Shown: positions 62,147-64,000 of the stretch, in pieces
Numbering within the stretch: position 1 is the stretch's first letter
Layout of the letters: each line of letters opens with the position of its first letter
Assembly: GCF_001194135.2 (NCBI RefSeq)
Contig: NC_068985.1
Coordinates: 29,791,388 to 29,855,387, forward strand
Length of the DNA stretch: 64,000 nt
Reading direction: 5' to 3'
Source: Octopus bimaculoides
Taxonomy: Eukaryota
Translations under genes and position numbers: made by a program
The notes under the pieces: generated by a model
Databases searched by the model: none
What the model saw: the letters and a program-made list of their open reading frames with translations, nothing else
What the model was told of the DNA's origin: nothing

Positions 62147-64000
62147 CAAATTATATACTAATTATAAAAAAACGATCTTCTATAATGATATACGAATATT
62201 CTTCTCTACTCTAGGCACAAGGCCTGAAAATTTTGGGAGAGGGGCCAGTCGATTAGATCGACCCCAATACTGGTACTTAATTTATCAACTCCGAAAGGAT
62301 GAAAAGCAAAGTTGACCTCAGTGGAATTTGAACTCAGAATGTAAAGACAGATGAAATACTGCTAAGCATTTTGCCTGGCACGCTAATGTCTCTGCCAACT
62401 TGCCACTTTTAGGTATATAAATACTAATTCAGCTACTTAATACTGTGCAGAAACAAATGTTGTGATCTATTATTAAAGCCTGATAGCCTTCATCCTAGGA
62501 TTTTATACACACACACACACAAGTACACATACGTGTGTGTGTGTGTGTGTGCGTGTGCGTGTAGTTGTTGTGCTGCTTGACATCCAATAGTATCAACCTA
62601 ACTTCATGGTTTAGAAAAAGGCTGATAGAATAAGTACCAGACCAGACCAGACCAGACAAAAAAAAAGTAAAAAAACAGGATTTGTTTGACTAAACCCTTT
62701 AAGGTGGTACCTCAGCATGGTCGCAGTCCAATAACTGAAACAAGTAGAAAATAAGAGACAGACTTGCCTAAGATTAAATGCTGTCACTGTCGCCAGCACC
62801 AGCACTGGCACCAGCAGCACCACCAATAACAACAGAACATAATACTGGTTTCAAATTTTGGCACAAGGCCAGTAATTTGGGGGGATGGGTAAGTCGATTA
62901 CATTGACCCCCAGTGGTCAACTGGTACTTATTTTATCGAACACACAACCACCTCTAATAAATCACCACCATTACTACAAATACTGAAATAAAAAAAAAAA
63001 ACAGCATCAGCACTATAAAAAAGATTGTCTTCTCCACCTCATAGACAGCACAAAGAGAACCCACCACCACCACCACCATCTACATCTTATAGACATCCTC
63101 CCATCACCACTGCTACCACAAAACCACCACCACCACTACCACTACTACTACTATGACAATGGCGATGACGATGACGACCCATCACCATCATCACCAAATC
63201 CATTGCTACCACCCTCTCCACAACCATCTCCACCACTGGATTCACCAACGCTACCCCCCCCCACCACCACTACCAGCAAACAATATCATCGGTCGCCTGC
63301 ATGTCTGAAGTTACATAATGCAATATCAAAAGAAAGCAATCAGGTAATACTTGTTGGGGGGGGTCATGGTGGTGGTGATGGCGGCGGAATCAAGGAAGTG
63401 GTGTTAGGTAGCATGATGGAGATTATAGTGGTGTTATATTTATTTTCTTTTTTTAGTGGTAGCAGCAGCAGTGGTGTTGGTGGTTGTGAAACTCAATGGA
63501 GGATATAATACAAATGATACAACATCAGCAGTGACGCCACGACCATGTTTTCACAGTCCTTACATGTGTGTGTGTGTATATATATATGTATGTATGTACG
63601 TATATATATATGTAAATATATAAACATATATATATGTATATACATACATGTATATGTATATATATATATATATATATATACATACAAACACACACATACA
63701 TACCTGTATATATATCACCATTTAATGATGATATACATGTATGTACATATGCTCACACACACACACATATATGTGAGTATGAATGCAAACTTGCTTAATT
63801 CAAGTAAATAACTAAAATTTTAAAAATATAATAAAAAATAAGAACAGAAAAGACAGACAATCAAAAACCCCTGAAAACATCATAATTACATCAGAAAATC
63901 TCAAATACAGTTTAGGGGATGCCAAAGTTGTAAGGATGGTTCCTTGCTACATTTGAAACCAATCTGATTCGATGTAACAGAAGAATGAAGGAAAGGAGGA

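Noticed and set aside
27500-64000. Short ORFs in the track across this region as host genes
   Set aside because: They are microsatellite, SINE, gap or transposon translations; none shows a recognisable host domain with splice-site support.

Overview
AT-rich, microsatellite- and SINE-dense animal genomic DNA with 8 N-gaps. The repeat families and texture suggest a cephalopod, most likely Octopus (inference). The only protein-coding gene I can support is a plexin on the minus strand. I reconstructed 13 coding exons (27425 to 562) with canonical GT-AG sites and matching phases, about 878 codons: signal peptide, Sema domain, three PSI domains and the start of the first IPT domain. The gene continues past the left edge. 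Positions 27.5-64 kb have no recognisable host coding exon and are probably a large 5' intron or upstream region. The rest is transposon-derived: several tRNA-derived SINE families, mariner copies, hAT and mariner MITEs, RTE, Dong/R4 and Penelope-like retroelement fragments, and simple repeats. I found no clearly new biological system. The best leads are two degenerate hammerhead-ribozyme-like motifs at Penelope-type ends, (AAT)n tracts shared as landing pads by SINEs and Dong/R4 LINEs, modular SINE head/tail swapping, intronic fold-backs and inverted SINE pairs (possible ADAR or small-RNA substrates), and a tandem in-frame splice donor in the plexin.
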